DNA of 64,000 bases from IMG/VR virus record IMGVR_UViG_3300038345_000118, positions 22,149 to 86,148 of that record; one strand, written 5' to 3'. The notes beneath the pieces were generated by a model, which was not told where the DNA came from, did not search any database, and worked only from the letters and a program-made list of their open reading frames with translations. Numbering within the stretch: the stretch's first letter is position 1; each line of letters starts with the position of its first letter. Source of the stretch: a virus (taxonomy: Duplodnaviria; Caudoviricetes). A program made the translations under genes and the position numbers. Below, in pieces: positions 1-9,842 of this stretch.

Positions 1-3000
1 GTACTTGGCAATTTGCTTGGCGCACTGGCTTGCCTTGTTGTTGGGATGGTCGCCATACGCAGGGTCAATCATTCGCATATCAAGCGACATCTTACGGGCC
101 TGATCGGTGGCGTAGAGCATCTTGGCCTTCTTCTGCTTGTCGGTTGGATTCTTAATACCAATCAGGCTGAAATCGCCATCCTTGGCAAACTTCATCAGCA
201 CCTTTATATATTCCTCCTGGTCGGGGGTAGGCTTGATGTTCATCAGCATGGCGTTCTTGGCGGGTCGCTCAATGCCCACATCCTCGGCAGTGCGGAAATC
301 GGTAATCTCATTATAGAACATCGCCAGCTCAGGCACCTTGATAAAGTAACGGAAACGTTCCTTCAGTACTATTGAGTTGGTAATGCTGAACTCAAACTCC
401 TGCGACTTCTTGGTGAAGATAGCGGCCCACGCATCGAAACAGGTGATACGCTGATCTGCCAAAGCATTTGGACGGAGATAGCGGAACAGGCTGTAAAGCT
501 CCGTCAGCGAGTTTGTCACCGTGGTACCACTCAGGAACGTGGCTCCGAGGTCGCGGCCTGTGCGTTTCTGAATCGTGCGGATAGCCATGAGCAGGTTAAA
601 GGCTCGCTTGCTCCCCTCTGTGTTGCCGATGCCGGCCACACGGTCGTGACGGGTGGTAAAGCCGAGGTTCTTGAACTGATGGCTCTCATCGACAAAGATA
701 TGGTCGATACCCATCATGCGGAAGTCCACGATGTCATCCTTCCTATTGCGCATGCTGTTCTGCAGTTCACGTAACTTTGCCTCACGGTTGCGCTTCCTGG
801 TTTCCAGTCCGCGACGCATCTTAGACGAGATGTCGTAGCCATATTCACCTAAGAGGTCAAGTGCATCTTCCAGCTGTTGCAGCTCGTCGCGCAGCAACTC
901 CTCCTGTACCTCGTCACTCTGAGGAATGCGGCCAAACTGGTCGTGCGACATGATGATGCAGTCGTAGTCGTTGTTCTTCGCATTGTTCAGGAACTCAATG
1001 CGGTTGGCTCCGCTGTAGTCGGCGGCTGTAGCAAACAATATCTTTGCATCGGGGTAGGCTGTGCGGTAGGTCTCGGCAATCGCACTGACGTTGGCCTTCA
1101 ATCCGATAATCATCGGCTTGTGGCACATACCCAGTCGCTTCATCTCGTGTGCAGCAATACACATGATGAGCGTCTTGCCACTGCCTACCTCGTGGTCGCA
1201 GATACCGCCGCCGTTCAAGAGCAACATCCAAATGCAGTCCTTCTGTGAGTCGTACAGACGTTCAATGCCGTACTTGGCTTTCAGACCGACCATATCAAGA
1301 CCGGGGAATGTCTGGTGACTGCCGTCGTACTTAGGTTTCACGAAACAGTTGAACCGGCGGTTATAGACATCGGCCAGCTTATCGCGAAACGCCTTGGGCT
1401 GACGCTGCAGCCAGTCCTCATAACCCTGTCGGATTTCCTCAATCTTGGCAGCGGCCAGCTGTGTCTTCTCAGGGTCTTCCACCTTGATTTTGTCATAGTT
1501 GTCGGTATAGACATAGAATCCATCCTTGTCACGCAGATACTTCATCATCTGCGGCGTGGTGTTGTGCAGGGCATGTGTCAGCAGGTCCATGCCGTCAAGC
1601 TGCTTGGTAGCCTCACTGCTCACGCTGTACTGCGACCAGATCTTTTCGTTATGATGGTCGGCACTGACGGCGTACTGGTCAATCTGCGGCTCGTACTTCA
1701 CCGTTACTTTCACCTTGCCGGACCAATAACTGTTGTCCTTATCGTCGGGCATCGAGAAAAACTCCGTGGCAAACTTGCTATACACATCGGCATCCACCCA
1801 GCGCTCACCGAGGTTGAAGTCCAACTGCTCGAAGGGGATAGGCTCTGGCACTGCCTCTCGCAGTGCCTGAAGTGAAGAGTGAAGAGTGAAGAGTGAAGAA
1901 TCTTCACGATTACCATGTATCAGTTCCGGGTACTTCCGTTCAATGGCCTCTATCTTCTCGATGACGTTGCCGCTGATGAACTTCGACTTAATTTCATATT
2001 CGCCTTCCAGGGGGTTATAGAACACCTCGCCTTGTAGCTCGCCAAGCAACTGCTCAGCATCCATGCCGGTCAGCGACTCCATATAACCGATGTGCGGCTC
2101 GCCGTACTCGTTCAGACTGGCGGCCAGGGCTTCCTTTGCGGTGTAGGTCTTATCCTCTTCCTCGGTGGCAAAGGCAATAGGGCGGAGCATGATGTCGGCT
2201 TTCTGCCAACAGCCATCGGTCTTCACCTCAATGCCCAACAGTTCCTTCGCCACGCGCTCCACCGTAGGCTGGTTCTTAGCGTCGTGCAGATAGCCGAACT
2301 CCTTCACAAAGTCATCGTAGAGCTTGTTCAGGTCGCGGCGAAGCTCCGCTTTCTCTATCTGCTCGTTCTGCTCCTGCTCGTACAACTGCGTGTAGCATTC
2401 CTGAATGGCCGTCAGCACCTTCTCCTTCTTGGTCAGGCGCTTCGCCTTGGGTTTGTTGGCGCTTGATGTCGTTGTAACGTTATTACGTGATGACGTTATA
2501 ACGAGGTTTGCCGACAAGTCGGCTGCAAGCACTTTCTGCAAATCTTCAGCAATGCCCTGCACACCGTCCTTATGCAGATAGGTAAACCCGGGCTTGCCGT
2601 AGGCATCGGTGTCAACCTTGCTGCTCGTGGCAATCACATGGTCGGGCTTCATGGTGAAGTACAGGTTGGTGGGGCAGTCGTTGTCGGTATAGGCAGAGAG
2701 CAGCAGCGTCTCGTCGAGCGTCATCTCTCCCCTACCCTCTTCCTTCTGCAGCACTAGCAGGTCAGTACCCACCTCCGTACCGTTGTCCTTGAACAGGTTG
2801 TTTGCCAGACGGTAGGCACCAATCAGGCGGGCACTCTTCAATGCCTCTGCCAGCTGCTCCGTGTCTCGGTTCAGATAATTGCTTGTGATGATGTAAGCCA
2901 GCAGACCGCCGTTACGCAGGCAGTCCAGACCTTTCAGCACATAGTAGCGGTGGATCATCCTTGCAGCATCACGGCGCACCTGATTGTCGCTGTTGCTATA

Positions 3001-3594
3001 CGCAGGGTCGAACACCTGAATGTTACCAAACGGCACATTCGTGGTCACGAGGTCGAACTGTCCCAGGTCCTCGTTGGGGATAGTCTCGAAACCCTTGATG
3101 CGGATGTCAGAATAACGATAATGTCCGTACTTTGCATTCAGGATAACGCCTGTCAATAAATCTTTCTCGTAAGCCACCATGCGATGACAACCTTCACACA
3201 CAGAAGGAGTTTGAAGAAAAACGCCCTTTCCTGCAGCAGGGTCAAGAACATTTGCCGTAGGCATTGCATCCCATAATGTCGTACTTATAGCAGCCACAAA
3301 TTCCCATGGTGTATAGAACGCCGTCAGCGTAGATGCCTTCAATGATTGCATCCATGCCTTAAACTCGCGCTCATCCTTACTGTTGTCACGCAGCAGGTTA
3401 TGAAGGCGCGTCGTATCGCAGAAGCAGTCGAGGTCGCTTGCTGCCCATGCTCCAGTGTCGAGCGGATTGAGCACGAAGCCCAAACCGCCAAAGCCGGTAT
3501 ATTTATTCAGTATGTCGTTGTCGCACTTGTCTGTTGTAAGTGCATGCTCTAATGCCGCGATGTTATCGCGCAGTCTCTGTAATTTCGTTGCCAT
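1..3594 (-). CDS. DarB-like N6-adenine methyltransferase / SNF2 helicase fusion (3' end runs off the window)
   Basis: Manually translated, absent from the ORF track. Starts MATKLQRLRDNIAAL; contains STLTAFYTP, motif I VLDPAAGKG, motif IV DLVTTNVPFG, Walker A DHEVGSGKT, Walker B IFVDESH and FLSGTTVTNS. No stop seen in the segments read. Confidence 0.9.
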   Translation of the reverse strand, partial: MATKLQRLRDNIAALEHALTTDKCDNDILNKYTGFGGLGFVLNPLDTGAWAASDLDCFCDTTRLHNLLRDNSKDEREFKAWMQSLKASTLTAFYTPWEFVAAISTTLWDAMPTANVLDPAAGKGVFLQTPSVCEGCHRMVAYEKDLLTGVILNAKYGHYRYSDIRIKGFETIPNEDLGQFDLVTTNVPFGNIQVFDPAYSNSDNQVRRDAARMIHRYYVLKGLDCLRNGGLLAYIITSNYLNRDTEQLAEALKSARLIGAYRLANNLFKDNGTEVGTDLLVLQKEEGRGEMTLDETLLLSAYTDNDCPTNLYFTMKPDHVIATSSKVDTDAYGKPGFTYLHKDGVQGIAEDLQKVLAADLSANLVITSSRNNVTTTSSANKPKAKRLTKKEKVLTAIQECYTQLYEQEQNEQIEKAELRRDLNKLYDDFVKEFGYLHDAKNQPTVERVAKELLGIEVKTDGCWQKADIMLRPIAFATEEEDKTYTAKEALAASLNEYGEPHIGYMESLTGMDAEQLLGELQGEVFYNPLEGEYEIKSKFISGNVIEKIEAIERKYPELIHGNREDSSLFTLHSSLQALREAVPEPIPFEQLDFNLGERWVDADVYSKFATEFFSMPDDKDNSYWSGKVKVTVKYEPQIDQYAVSADHHNEKIWSQYSVSSEATKQLDGMDLLTHALHNTTPQMMKYLRDKDGFYVYTDNYDKIKVEDPEKTQLAAAKIEEIRQGYEDWLQRQPKAFRDKLADVYNRRFNCFVKPKYDGSHQTFPGLDMVGLKAKYGIERLYDSQKDCIWMLLLNGGGICDHEVGSGKTLIMCIAAHEMKRLGMCHKPMIIGLKANVSAIAETYRTAYPDAKILFATAADYSGANRIEFLNNAKNNDYDCIIMSHDQFGRIPQSDEVQEELLRDELQQLEDALDLLGEYGYDISSKMRRGLETRKRNREAKLRELQNSMRNRKDDIVDFRMMGIDHIFVDESHQFKNLGFTTRHDRVAGIGNTEGSKRAFNLLMAIRTIQKRTGRDLGATFLSGTTVTNSLTELYSLFRYLRPNALADQRITCFDAWAAIFTKKSQEFEFSITNSIVLKERFRYFIKVPELAMFYNEITDFRTAEDVGIERPAKNAMLMNIKPTPDQEEYIKVLMKFAKDGDFSLIGIKNPTDKQKKAKMLYATDQARKMSLDMRMIDPAYGDHPNNKASQCAKQIAKY

Positions 3595-3597
3595 AAC

Positions 3598-3831
3598 TTA
3601 CGCCTCCTTGATTTTGATAAATATATTGTAACGAAGCAGTGCAAACACCACCTCGTAAAGTGTGTCAATAGTTAAGAACTCTGTCCAGAAAGTCGGCCTC
3701 TCTTCCTCGTCCCTTGTAACCACCGCAAACCTGGTTCCGCATCGTGGATCGGCCTGCTCTACATGAGCTTTAGAGTTGAAGTTGTTTTGCAACCAATACT
3801 CTATCGTTTGAATCTTTTCTTTCGTTGCCAT
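3598..3831 (-). CDS. hypothetical protein
   Basis: 77 aa ORF, A-rich start context, tightly packed in the operon. Confidence 0.75.
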   Translation of the reverse strand: MATKEKIQTIEYWLQNNFNSKAHVEQADPRCGTRFAVVTRDEEERPTFWTEFLTIDTLYEVVFALLRYNIFIKIKEA

Positions 3832-3870
3832 AACTTATGTTTTTTGAGTTTATCGTTTTTAATTGTTTAT

Positions 3871-4263
3871 TTATTCACATTCAAAATAGAATATCACGTT
3901 GAGCATGTTGCCCAACTGATAGAACTCTACCACCAGGTCGGGGTTGTCCTCACACTCCCACGCCTTGAACATCTTGCGGTAGTCGGCCAGAACAGCGTCG
4001 CGGGTGTACTTCCAATCCTCTGTGCCGGGAACAGCAATCACGGTAATGGTAACACAGTTGTCGCCATATTTCCACCGTGCATCCACCAGTGCGCTCTCAC
4101 ACTTAATGCCCTGCTCATCTTTCACGGCCTTATAGCCTATCAGGTGACGTGTCCTTGAACCGTCGCGATGGTCGTGAGCCGCATAGAAATCCTCGAACAC
4201 CTCGTCCTCGAACGGGTCTTCCATCAAATTCTTGTTATCAATAGGTGCTGCAATTTTTTTCAT
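3871..4263 (-). CDS. hypothetical acidic protein
   Basis: 130 aa, D/E-rich, co-oriented in the operon. Confidence 0.8.
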   Translation of the reverse strand: MKKIAAPIDNKNLMEDPFEDEVFEDFYAAHDHRDGSRTRHLIGYKAVKDEQGIKCESALVDARWKYGDNCVTITVIAVPGTEDWKYTRDAVLADYRKMFKAWECEDNPDLVVEFYQLGNMLNVIFYFECE

Positions 4264-4268
4264 TGTCG

Positions 4269-4592
4269 TTATCTTTTTAGTTTGTCGTTTTTGAATTTTG
4301 CATAACTCTCATAGTTCCAAACCAGACCTTGGTCGTCGTAGAACCTGATACCTTTGCAGTTATAGTCACACAACCATGCGAAATCATTCATCAGGACCTC
4401 ACTATGATGGCCTGTCCATGAATATTCAAAAGAACCATCGAGGTGATGACGCTGACCTATGGATGAACAGTCGTCAATAGTCGCTGCCTCCTTTTCGGCA
4501 AATTTCTTAGCGTCATTATATTCTTCAAAGTAAGCACGATATTCAGTGCTTTCACCTCTGATTTTCCGTACTGTATAAATCGTCTTAAACAT
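4269..4592 (-). CDS. hypothetical protein (low-GC)
   Basis: 107 aa, AT-richer codons than neighbours. Confidence 0.75.
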   Translation of the reverse strand: MFKTIYTVRKIRGESTEYRAYFEEYNDAKKFAEKEAATIDDCSSIGQRHHLDGSFEYSWTGHHSEVLMNDFAWLCDYNCKGIRFYDDQGLVWNYESYAKFKNDKLKR

Positions 4593-4610
4593 AGCCGTAA
4601 TCTTTTATCT

Positions 4611-5192
4611 TCACGCTGCCATCCTTGCCAGCAGTGCTTGGCGCAACTGCTCAGCAAGCGTAAGAGGTTTTGCCGCAGGCATAGGCTTTACAATAGCCTT
4701 TGTCTTCGTGGCTGCCTTCTTTTTCCGTTCTCCCCTCGGGGAGTTAGAGGGGGTTTTTGCTTTTGTTTTCTTCACCTCGGGCAGCACCGCCCACCGTTCG
4801 CCGCCCTTGGCGCAGAAGCGCACCTTCTGTCTCATGGACGGGCAGTTCAGCTTGCAGAATCCTGAGGTGACGTCAAAGATATTGTCGAGGCGGTAGGAGA
4901 AGCGGAAGTTTCCGAACTCCATGCGTGTCTCCCACGTCTTCTTGCTGAAGCCCAAAAGTCCTCCGTCACCGGCGAACGTCGAGATGAAGACGTCCCAGTG
5001 CTCGCACAGCCCCATGTCCTCGATGATGATGCCCGGTGCGCTTTCGTAGCACTTGTTCCCGTGCAGTCCCTGAAGGACTTCGCTCAGCCTAAACTCACCT
5101 TCGTTTGGGTTTCTGGTGCAGTGCTCCCACACCCATGCGCACTGCCGCAATAGCGACATGGCGATACGCATATTCAATTCCTGTTGTTCCAT
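4611..5192 (-). CDS. hypothetical protein, C-terminal -MAA
   Basis: 193 aa, basic C-terminal tail ending LRQALLARMAA. Confidence 0.8.
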   Translation of the reverse strand: MEQQELNMRIAMSLLRQCAWVWEHCTRNPNEGEFRLSEVLQGLHGNKCYESAPGIIIEDMGLCEHWDVFISTFAGDGGLLGFSKKTWETRMEFGNFRFSYRLDNIFDVTSGFCKLNCPSMRQKVRFCAKGGERWAVLPEVKKTKAKTPSNSPRGERKKKAATKTKAIVKPMPAAKPLTLAEQLRQALLARMAA

Positions 5193-5225
5193 AGTTGTAT
5201 TTCGTTTAATTCGTTAAATTCGTTG

Positions 5226-5267
5226 TTCAAAGAGGGCTGGCCCGTCATCCCGACGGGACAGCCCAAC
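5226..5267 (-). terminator. GC-rich hairpin, probable intrinsic terminator/attenuator
   Basis: Minus strand GGGCTG-TCCCGTC-GGGAT-GACGGG-C-CAGCCC-TCTTT. Confidence 0.5.
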
Positions 5268-5353
5268 ACTCAAAAAATTACAAGTTATGATATATCTTGT
5301 ATTTAGTTCCCGTAGTCGCATCAAAGCATAGGTCAAGCCGCTACGGGATGGGG

Positions 5354-5965
5354 TTACTTCTCAATGTCATACATATCCACGCCCAGCTCGTCGGCCACAG
5401 CCGTGAGCGCCGTGTGGCTCCAGTGGTGTTCGCAGAAAACCTCGCTGCACTTCACAATCACCGCCTCCGTGATATCCTCAATAGAGGCGTAGGCATTCAG
5501 GTTTGCCGGCTCGTCGTACTGCTCGGCCAGCGCAGCGTTTACGCTCAGCAGGTCTTCCGTGCTTGCCATCGTAGCCGCGTCGTCAAGCACATAGCCCAGC
5601 GTCCGGTTCATCCACCTTACGGCGGCTTCCTCGCTGCCGCAATACTCATGCTCGTGCACGAACTTGCCACCATTCATCAACACCGGCGACGACGGAGACG
5701 TATCGACATGCACGATGCAGCGGATAATCCTGTCGCAACGCCGCATCGACTTCACCCGCACATCGGGCCACGCCTCGCTCACCAGCCGGTCCAGTTCCTC
5801 CTCATAGAAGCCGCTGGCATAGTTCTCCGTATCTCCGTCGCTCCAGCTGACGTTAAGCGAATAGCAGTTACCTCCCAACTCACGGCGCACCTCCAACTGT
5901 GCGCCATACTCCTTCAGGTTCTCGTTGGCCTTTTCCAGGGCGGCCTCCCATGATTTCTTTGCCAT
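5354..5965 (-). CDS. hypothetical acidic protein
   Basis: 203 aa ORF in the operon. Confidence 0.8.
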   Translation of the reverse strand: MAKKSWEAALEKANENLKEYGAQLEVRRELGGNCYSLNVSWSDGDTENYASGFYEEELDRLVSEAWPDVRVKSMRRCDRIIRCIVHVDTSPSSPVLMNGGKFVHEHEYCGSEEAAVRWMNRTLGYVLDDAATMASTEDLLSVNAALAEQYDEPANLNAYASIEDITEAVIVKCSEVFCEHHWSHTALTAVADELGVDMYDIEK

Positions 5966-5988
5966 AGTTTTGTTACTCGTTTAATGTA

Positions 5989-6735
5989 TTACCTCTCAAT
6001 CCCATTCTCGTGCAGATACACTTGGCGCATAGCCTCGTGGTAGTCGTCGGCGTTCACGGCGAAGTAACCTTTTGCGTCAATGAAGCGGTCGATGTCGCCG
6101 TCCACGTCCTCGATATTCCCGTTGCAGTGTACGAAGAACAGCGGGCAGTCTGCAAAGCTGTAGATGAGATTGCTCTCGCCCCGGTGGGTGTCACCGTCCA
6201 CACGGCGCAGCCGCACCGTCTCGCTATAGTCGTCGGCATCGTCGCAGTAAGTCTGCACCAGACTGGTCCACACCTTCTCAACCACCTTCACCGCATCCTC
6301 CAGCTTCACGTCATCGTCCTTCACGTCCACGTCCTCTCCATCGTAGAGCACATACACCTCATAGTTCGGCCCTGTCTGATACGCCTCGATATATATCTGT
6401 GCCTTCACGTCCTCCTGCTCCAGGTGCTCGTTGGCCAGTGTGACATACTGCGTCACTTCCTCCCACATCTTGTCGCGCTTCGTGTCAATGCCGAAAGCCG
6501 CCATCATGCGCTGCTGGTTGTCATCCGACAGCGAGTCAATGTCGATGTCGCCCTCAAACTCCTTGCATCCGCAGTGTAGGTATATCTTGTCCTCCTTGTC
6601 GGAGTACCAGATGGTTTCCACGTCCACCGCCGTCGGCCCGATATAGAGCGTCACGTTGTTTCCCTCTGCATAGAAATTATGCTCATGGCTGCTCATATAG
6701 TCCATCGCAGCCTCCTGTATTGATGTCTTTGTCAT
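5989..6735 (-). CDS. hypothetical highly acidic protein
   Basis: 248 aa, very D/E-rich. Confidence 0.8.
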   Translation of the reverse strand: MTKTSIQEAAMDYMSSHEHNFYAEGNNVTLYIGPTAVDVETIWYSDKEDKIYLHCGCKEFEGDIDIDSLSDDNQQRMMAAFGIDTKRDKMWEEVTQYVTLANEHLEQEDVKAQIYIEAYQTGPNYEVYVLYDGEDVDVKDDDVKLEDAVKVVEKVWTSLVQTYCDDADDYSETVRLRRVDGDTHRGESNLIYSFADCPLFFVHCNGNIEDVDGDIDRFIDAKGYFAVNADDYHEAMRQVYLHENGIER

Positions 6736-6753
6736 AGCCGTTACACGTTTAAG

Positions 6754-7239
6754 TTATTCATCCTTCACTTTCTCCACATCCCTACGCAGATGCCAGTAGA
6801 TAGCCTGCGTCAGGTAGTCCAGTTCTGCCAGCGACATTTCAGATGCAGGGCTGTGGTCTGGCTCAGCCTGCTCACTGTCCCAGCAAACACCGGAGTTCAC
6901 AAACTGATAGAACATCAGTGTTTCATAGCCCGTCTCGTCGCGCTCAATATACAGCGACCAGTAGGCATGATAGCCGAACTCGTCGGCCAGTTCGCTACTC
7001 AGCGGATGTACGTCTGCTGTCAGATCATCGCACCATTTCAGCGGCAGTGCCATGTGGCATCCGAAATGGGCAATGTCAAACACCTTCACAATGGTATAGC
7101 CATCGTCCTCCTCAATTCCGTGTTCGTTAAGATAGTAGTCGTTATAGTCCTCTCCGTTCTCCTTGACCAACGTCATCAGCGTGTCAAGCATTTTCTTCTT
7201 GCACGCCTCCCTTATTAGATGAATTTGCTCTGATTTCAT
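6754..7239 (-). CDS. hypothetical acidic protein
   Basis: 161 aa ORF in the operon. Confidence 0.8.
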   Translation of the reverse strand: MKSEQIHLIREACKKKMLDTLMTLVKENGEDYNDYYLNEHGIEEDDGYTIVKVFDIAHFGCHMALPLKWCDDLTADVHPLSSELADEFGYHAYWSLYIERDETGYETLMFYQFVNSGVCWDSEQAEPDHSPASEMSLAELDYLTQAIYWHLRRDVEKVKDE

Positions 7240-7251
7240 AATTGTTACTCG

Positions 7252-7467
7252 TTAAAGATTATACATCGGTATCTCGTCGCTGGCTGTCATACGACCTTCC
7301 ATCAACTGAAAGAAGATAGTCTCATAGCGTTCATGCTCGCTACCCTCCGAGCACTTCATGCCCTCGTAGTAGAACTCCAGCGCCTTGCGCCGCGTCATCT
7401 TCTCCGTTTTGCGGTAGCAGGTCACCGTTACCTTCTCATTCAGTTTTCTTGCACTAAAATCTGCCAT
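7252..7467 (-). CDS. small phage protein (CSEGSEHERY motif)
   Basis: Start re-set to MADFSARK to avoid overlap with the upstream stop; 71 aa. Confidence 0.75.
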   Translation of the reverse strand: MADFSARKLNEKVTVTCYRKTEKMTRRKALEFYYEGMKCSEGSEHERYETIFFQLMEGRMTASDEIPMYNL

Positions 7468-7471
7468 AGTC

Positions 7472-7873
7472 TTAAACCTCAAAGTTAGTTACATTCTTAA
7501 CACTCTCTATGTGTTTCAGCACAGCCGCCTTCACCTTCGGCCATTCATCCATAGCCAGTTTAAATCCATCCACGTTTTCACGTGGGATATACCAATAGGG
7601 GTTGGTCAAGTACGACTGCGTATAGTCTTTATCGTCATCATACAGTTTTCCGTCTTTCACCTTCTTGGTGGTCCCATAGTGGCGAAAGTAGAAACACGGT
7701 TCCTTGCGACACCAGAACTCCAGCCTGTCGCATCGGTGCCCATAGATGAAGCCATAGGCAAACTCATACTCGAAAGGCACGTCACAGTCGGCCTTCTTAA
7801 ACTGCTCACTAATCCAGTTCAGCATCTTGGTCATGTTCTCCAGCAGATGCTTTCTCAATGTCATTTCGTCCAT
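7472..7873 (-). CDS. hypothetical protein
   Basis: 133 aa ORF in the operon. Confidence 0.8.
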   Translation of the reverse strand: MDEMTLRKHLLENMTKMLNWISEQFKKADCDVPFEYEFAYGFIYGHRCDRLEFWCRKEPCFYFRHYGTTKKVKDGKLYDDDKDYTQSYLTNPYWYIPRENVDGFKLAMDEWPKVKAAVLKHIESVKNVTNFEV

Positions 7874-7926
7874 AACTTTCGTTTTTTGAATGATTTTCTA
7901 TTAATTTCCGATAATTTCTTTCCAGT

Positions 7927-8298
7927 TCATGCAGCCATTTCGGCGAGATAGGTTTCAGGATAGGCCCATTCGAGTTTCCAGAAGAAATACTCTATCGGGA
8001 TAACCTCGCCCGTGTCGCAGTCCACTTCCTCGTTTACCAGAGCCTCCAGGTCTTCACGGGTATAAGCGCTTACCTGATCTTGTGGATAGCAACGTTCGCC
8101 ATCAATCATCACCTCTTCGGCCTCACAGAATCCGTTCTCAGGAATGTAGCACACAGCCTTGGGGTCGTTCCTAAAAGCCTTTTCGTCCTTGAACACATAG
8201 CCATAGCCCAGCCCGTCGATGCTGAAATATTCGTTGGTGAAGTAAGCCGCACCGTCCTTGACGATGCGCTTACCTGCCTGCTGATATTCTTTTGCCAT
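7927..8298 (-). CDS. hypothetical protein, C-terminal -MAA
   Basis: 123 aa, ends AYPETYLAEMAA. Confidence 0.8.
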   Translation of the reverse strand: MAKEYQQAGKRIVKDGAAYFTNEYFSIDGLGYGYVFKDEKAFRNDPKAVCYIPENGFCEAEEVMIDGERCYPQDQVSAYTREDLEALVNEEVDCDTGEVIPIEYFFWKLEWAYPETYLAEMAA

Positions 8299-8357
8299 AG
8301 TTATTGCCCGTCATGCCGATAGCGCAGCGTTAAATTCTAAACTCTAAACTCTAAACT

Positions 8358-9770
8358 TCAAGCCGCCTTTGACAAAAGGCGCTTGATGTCCTCTGGGATG
8401 TCCTCACCTGCCATCACCTTCTGCAGCATAGCGGCCACATCCTCCTTGGTATAGCAATCTGTTGCAACGGTGTTCTCACGCTTAGCCTTGCGCTCCTCGG
8501 CCTTAGCCTTATATTCGGCACGCTGTGCCTCACGCTCCTTACGGTGGGCGTCGAGCGTGCCGTTCACGTCCTCGACTGCCTTGCTGATAGCGGCAGCGTC
8601 GCCATTGTTCCATGCCTCGCACAACTGCTTGGCTGCATTCACATAGACAGGACCGAATACGAGCATATAGGTCTTGTTGCCCTTCTTGTCGCGCTCCCAT
8701 GTCTTCGAGCCGTGAAGCTCGGGGCCTGACTGATAGCGGGCATCGTCCTCGGTAAATCCCTTGATACGGGCGCAGGTCTTGCCCTTCTTGTTCGTGTAGG
8801 TCTCATACACGAGTGGAGCGTTAGCGTTAACGTTATCGTTGGCCTTTGCCTTTGGCTTCTCGCTCTTAGTATTCTTGACCTTCGGCTTCTCGCTCTTGGG
8901 CTTCTCGCTCTTGGGCTTCTCGGCCTTGGGCTTCTCGGCCTTAGTAGCGTTAGCGTTATCGTTAACGTTAGCGTTAACGTTATCGTTATCGTTACCCTTC
9001 GGCTTCGGTTTCTCCAGCTGATCACAGATAGCCACATGCTTGCCAGCCCTGATGAGCTTGGGCAGATAGGAGTCGAGAGCATGATGCGGGAATCCGGCCA
9101 TCTGCACGCCGTCGTCACCCTTCGTGAGCGTAATGCCCAGCACCTCGGCTACATCCGCAGCGTCCTGCTCGTAGGTCTCATAGAAGTCTCCGCAGCGGAA
9201 CAACAGGATTCTCTCCGGATGCTTCGCCTTCAGGTCGCGGAACTGCTTCATCATGGGGTTATTCACTTGTGCGTTCTGCACGTTAGCACTCTCGTTGTTG
9301 TTGTTCTTTGTTTCCATAACTTGTTCGTTTGAAGTGTTATTCGTATTATTGTTCTCGGTCATCATGTCGGCCATCTGCTTACGGAACGACTCCGTATAGC
9401 CGTACTTGGCGATATTGGCGATAGCCGCATTCAGTTTCTGCCACTCGCGGTGGTCAAATAGCCATGCGATAGCCTCTTTGGCCATCTCCAGATTGACTTT
9501 GTACTGCTCCAGCTTCTTCACGTTGTTCTTCGTGGCCGTCGGCTCGATGTCCACCCATGTGGTTGATGTCAGCGGGTTATTCGAGAAGTCGAATAAGCAA
9601 CCGTAGCCAATGCCCGACGTCCACCCAGGATGATAGTTAGCACGAAATCCTCTACCCTTCGTGTAATTCACACTCACTCTAAGCGTGTTGAACTCCTGCT
9701 CTCCATTTCCGGCCGTCTTATACGGAGCGATAGCCACATAAAAATCCATGTGTTCGATTGTCTTTGCCAT
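8358..9770 (-). CDS. multidomain protein with a stand-alone MutS domain I
   Basis: Central [30 protein letters not shown]...[28 protein letters not shown] matches MutS N-terminus; no ATPase; ends LSKAA. Confidence 0.85.
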   Translation of the reverse strand: MAKTIEHMDFYVAIAPYKTAGNGEQEFNTLRVSVNYTKGRGFRANYHPGWTSGIGYGCLFDFSNNPLTSTTWVDIEPTATKNNVKKLEQYKVNLEMAKEAIAWLFDHREWQKLNAAIANIAKYGYTESFRKQMADMMTENNNTNNTSNEQVMETKNNNNESANVQNAQVNNPMMKQFRDLKAKHPERILLFRCGDFYETYEQDAADVAEVLGITLTKGDDGVQMAGFPHHALDSYLPKLIRAGKHVAICDQLEKPKPKGNDNDNVNANVNDNANATKAEKPKAEKPKSEKPKSEKPKVKNTKSEKPKAKANDNVNANAPLVYETYTNKKGKTCARIKGFTEDDARYQSGPELHGSKTWERDKKGNKTYMLVFGPVYVNAAKQLCEAWNNGDAAAISKAVEDVNGTLDAHRKEREAQRAEYKAKAEERKAKRENTVATDCYTKEDVAAMLQKVMAGEDIPEDIKRLLSKAA

Positions 9771-9842
9771 AGTTGTATTTTTTTAATGCTTAATTCTTAA
9801 TGCTTAATTAATGCCCTCCCCTCGGGGAGGGATGGGAGGGGG

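Noticed and set aside
13-3552. Many plus-strand ORFs in the track over 1-3.6 kb
   Set aside because: They are antisense shadows of the single minus-strand methylase-helicase frame, which carries clear motifs
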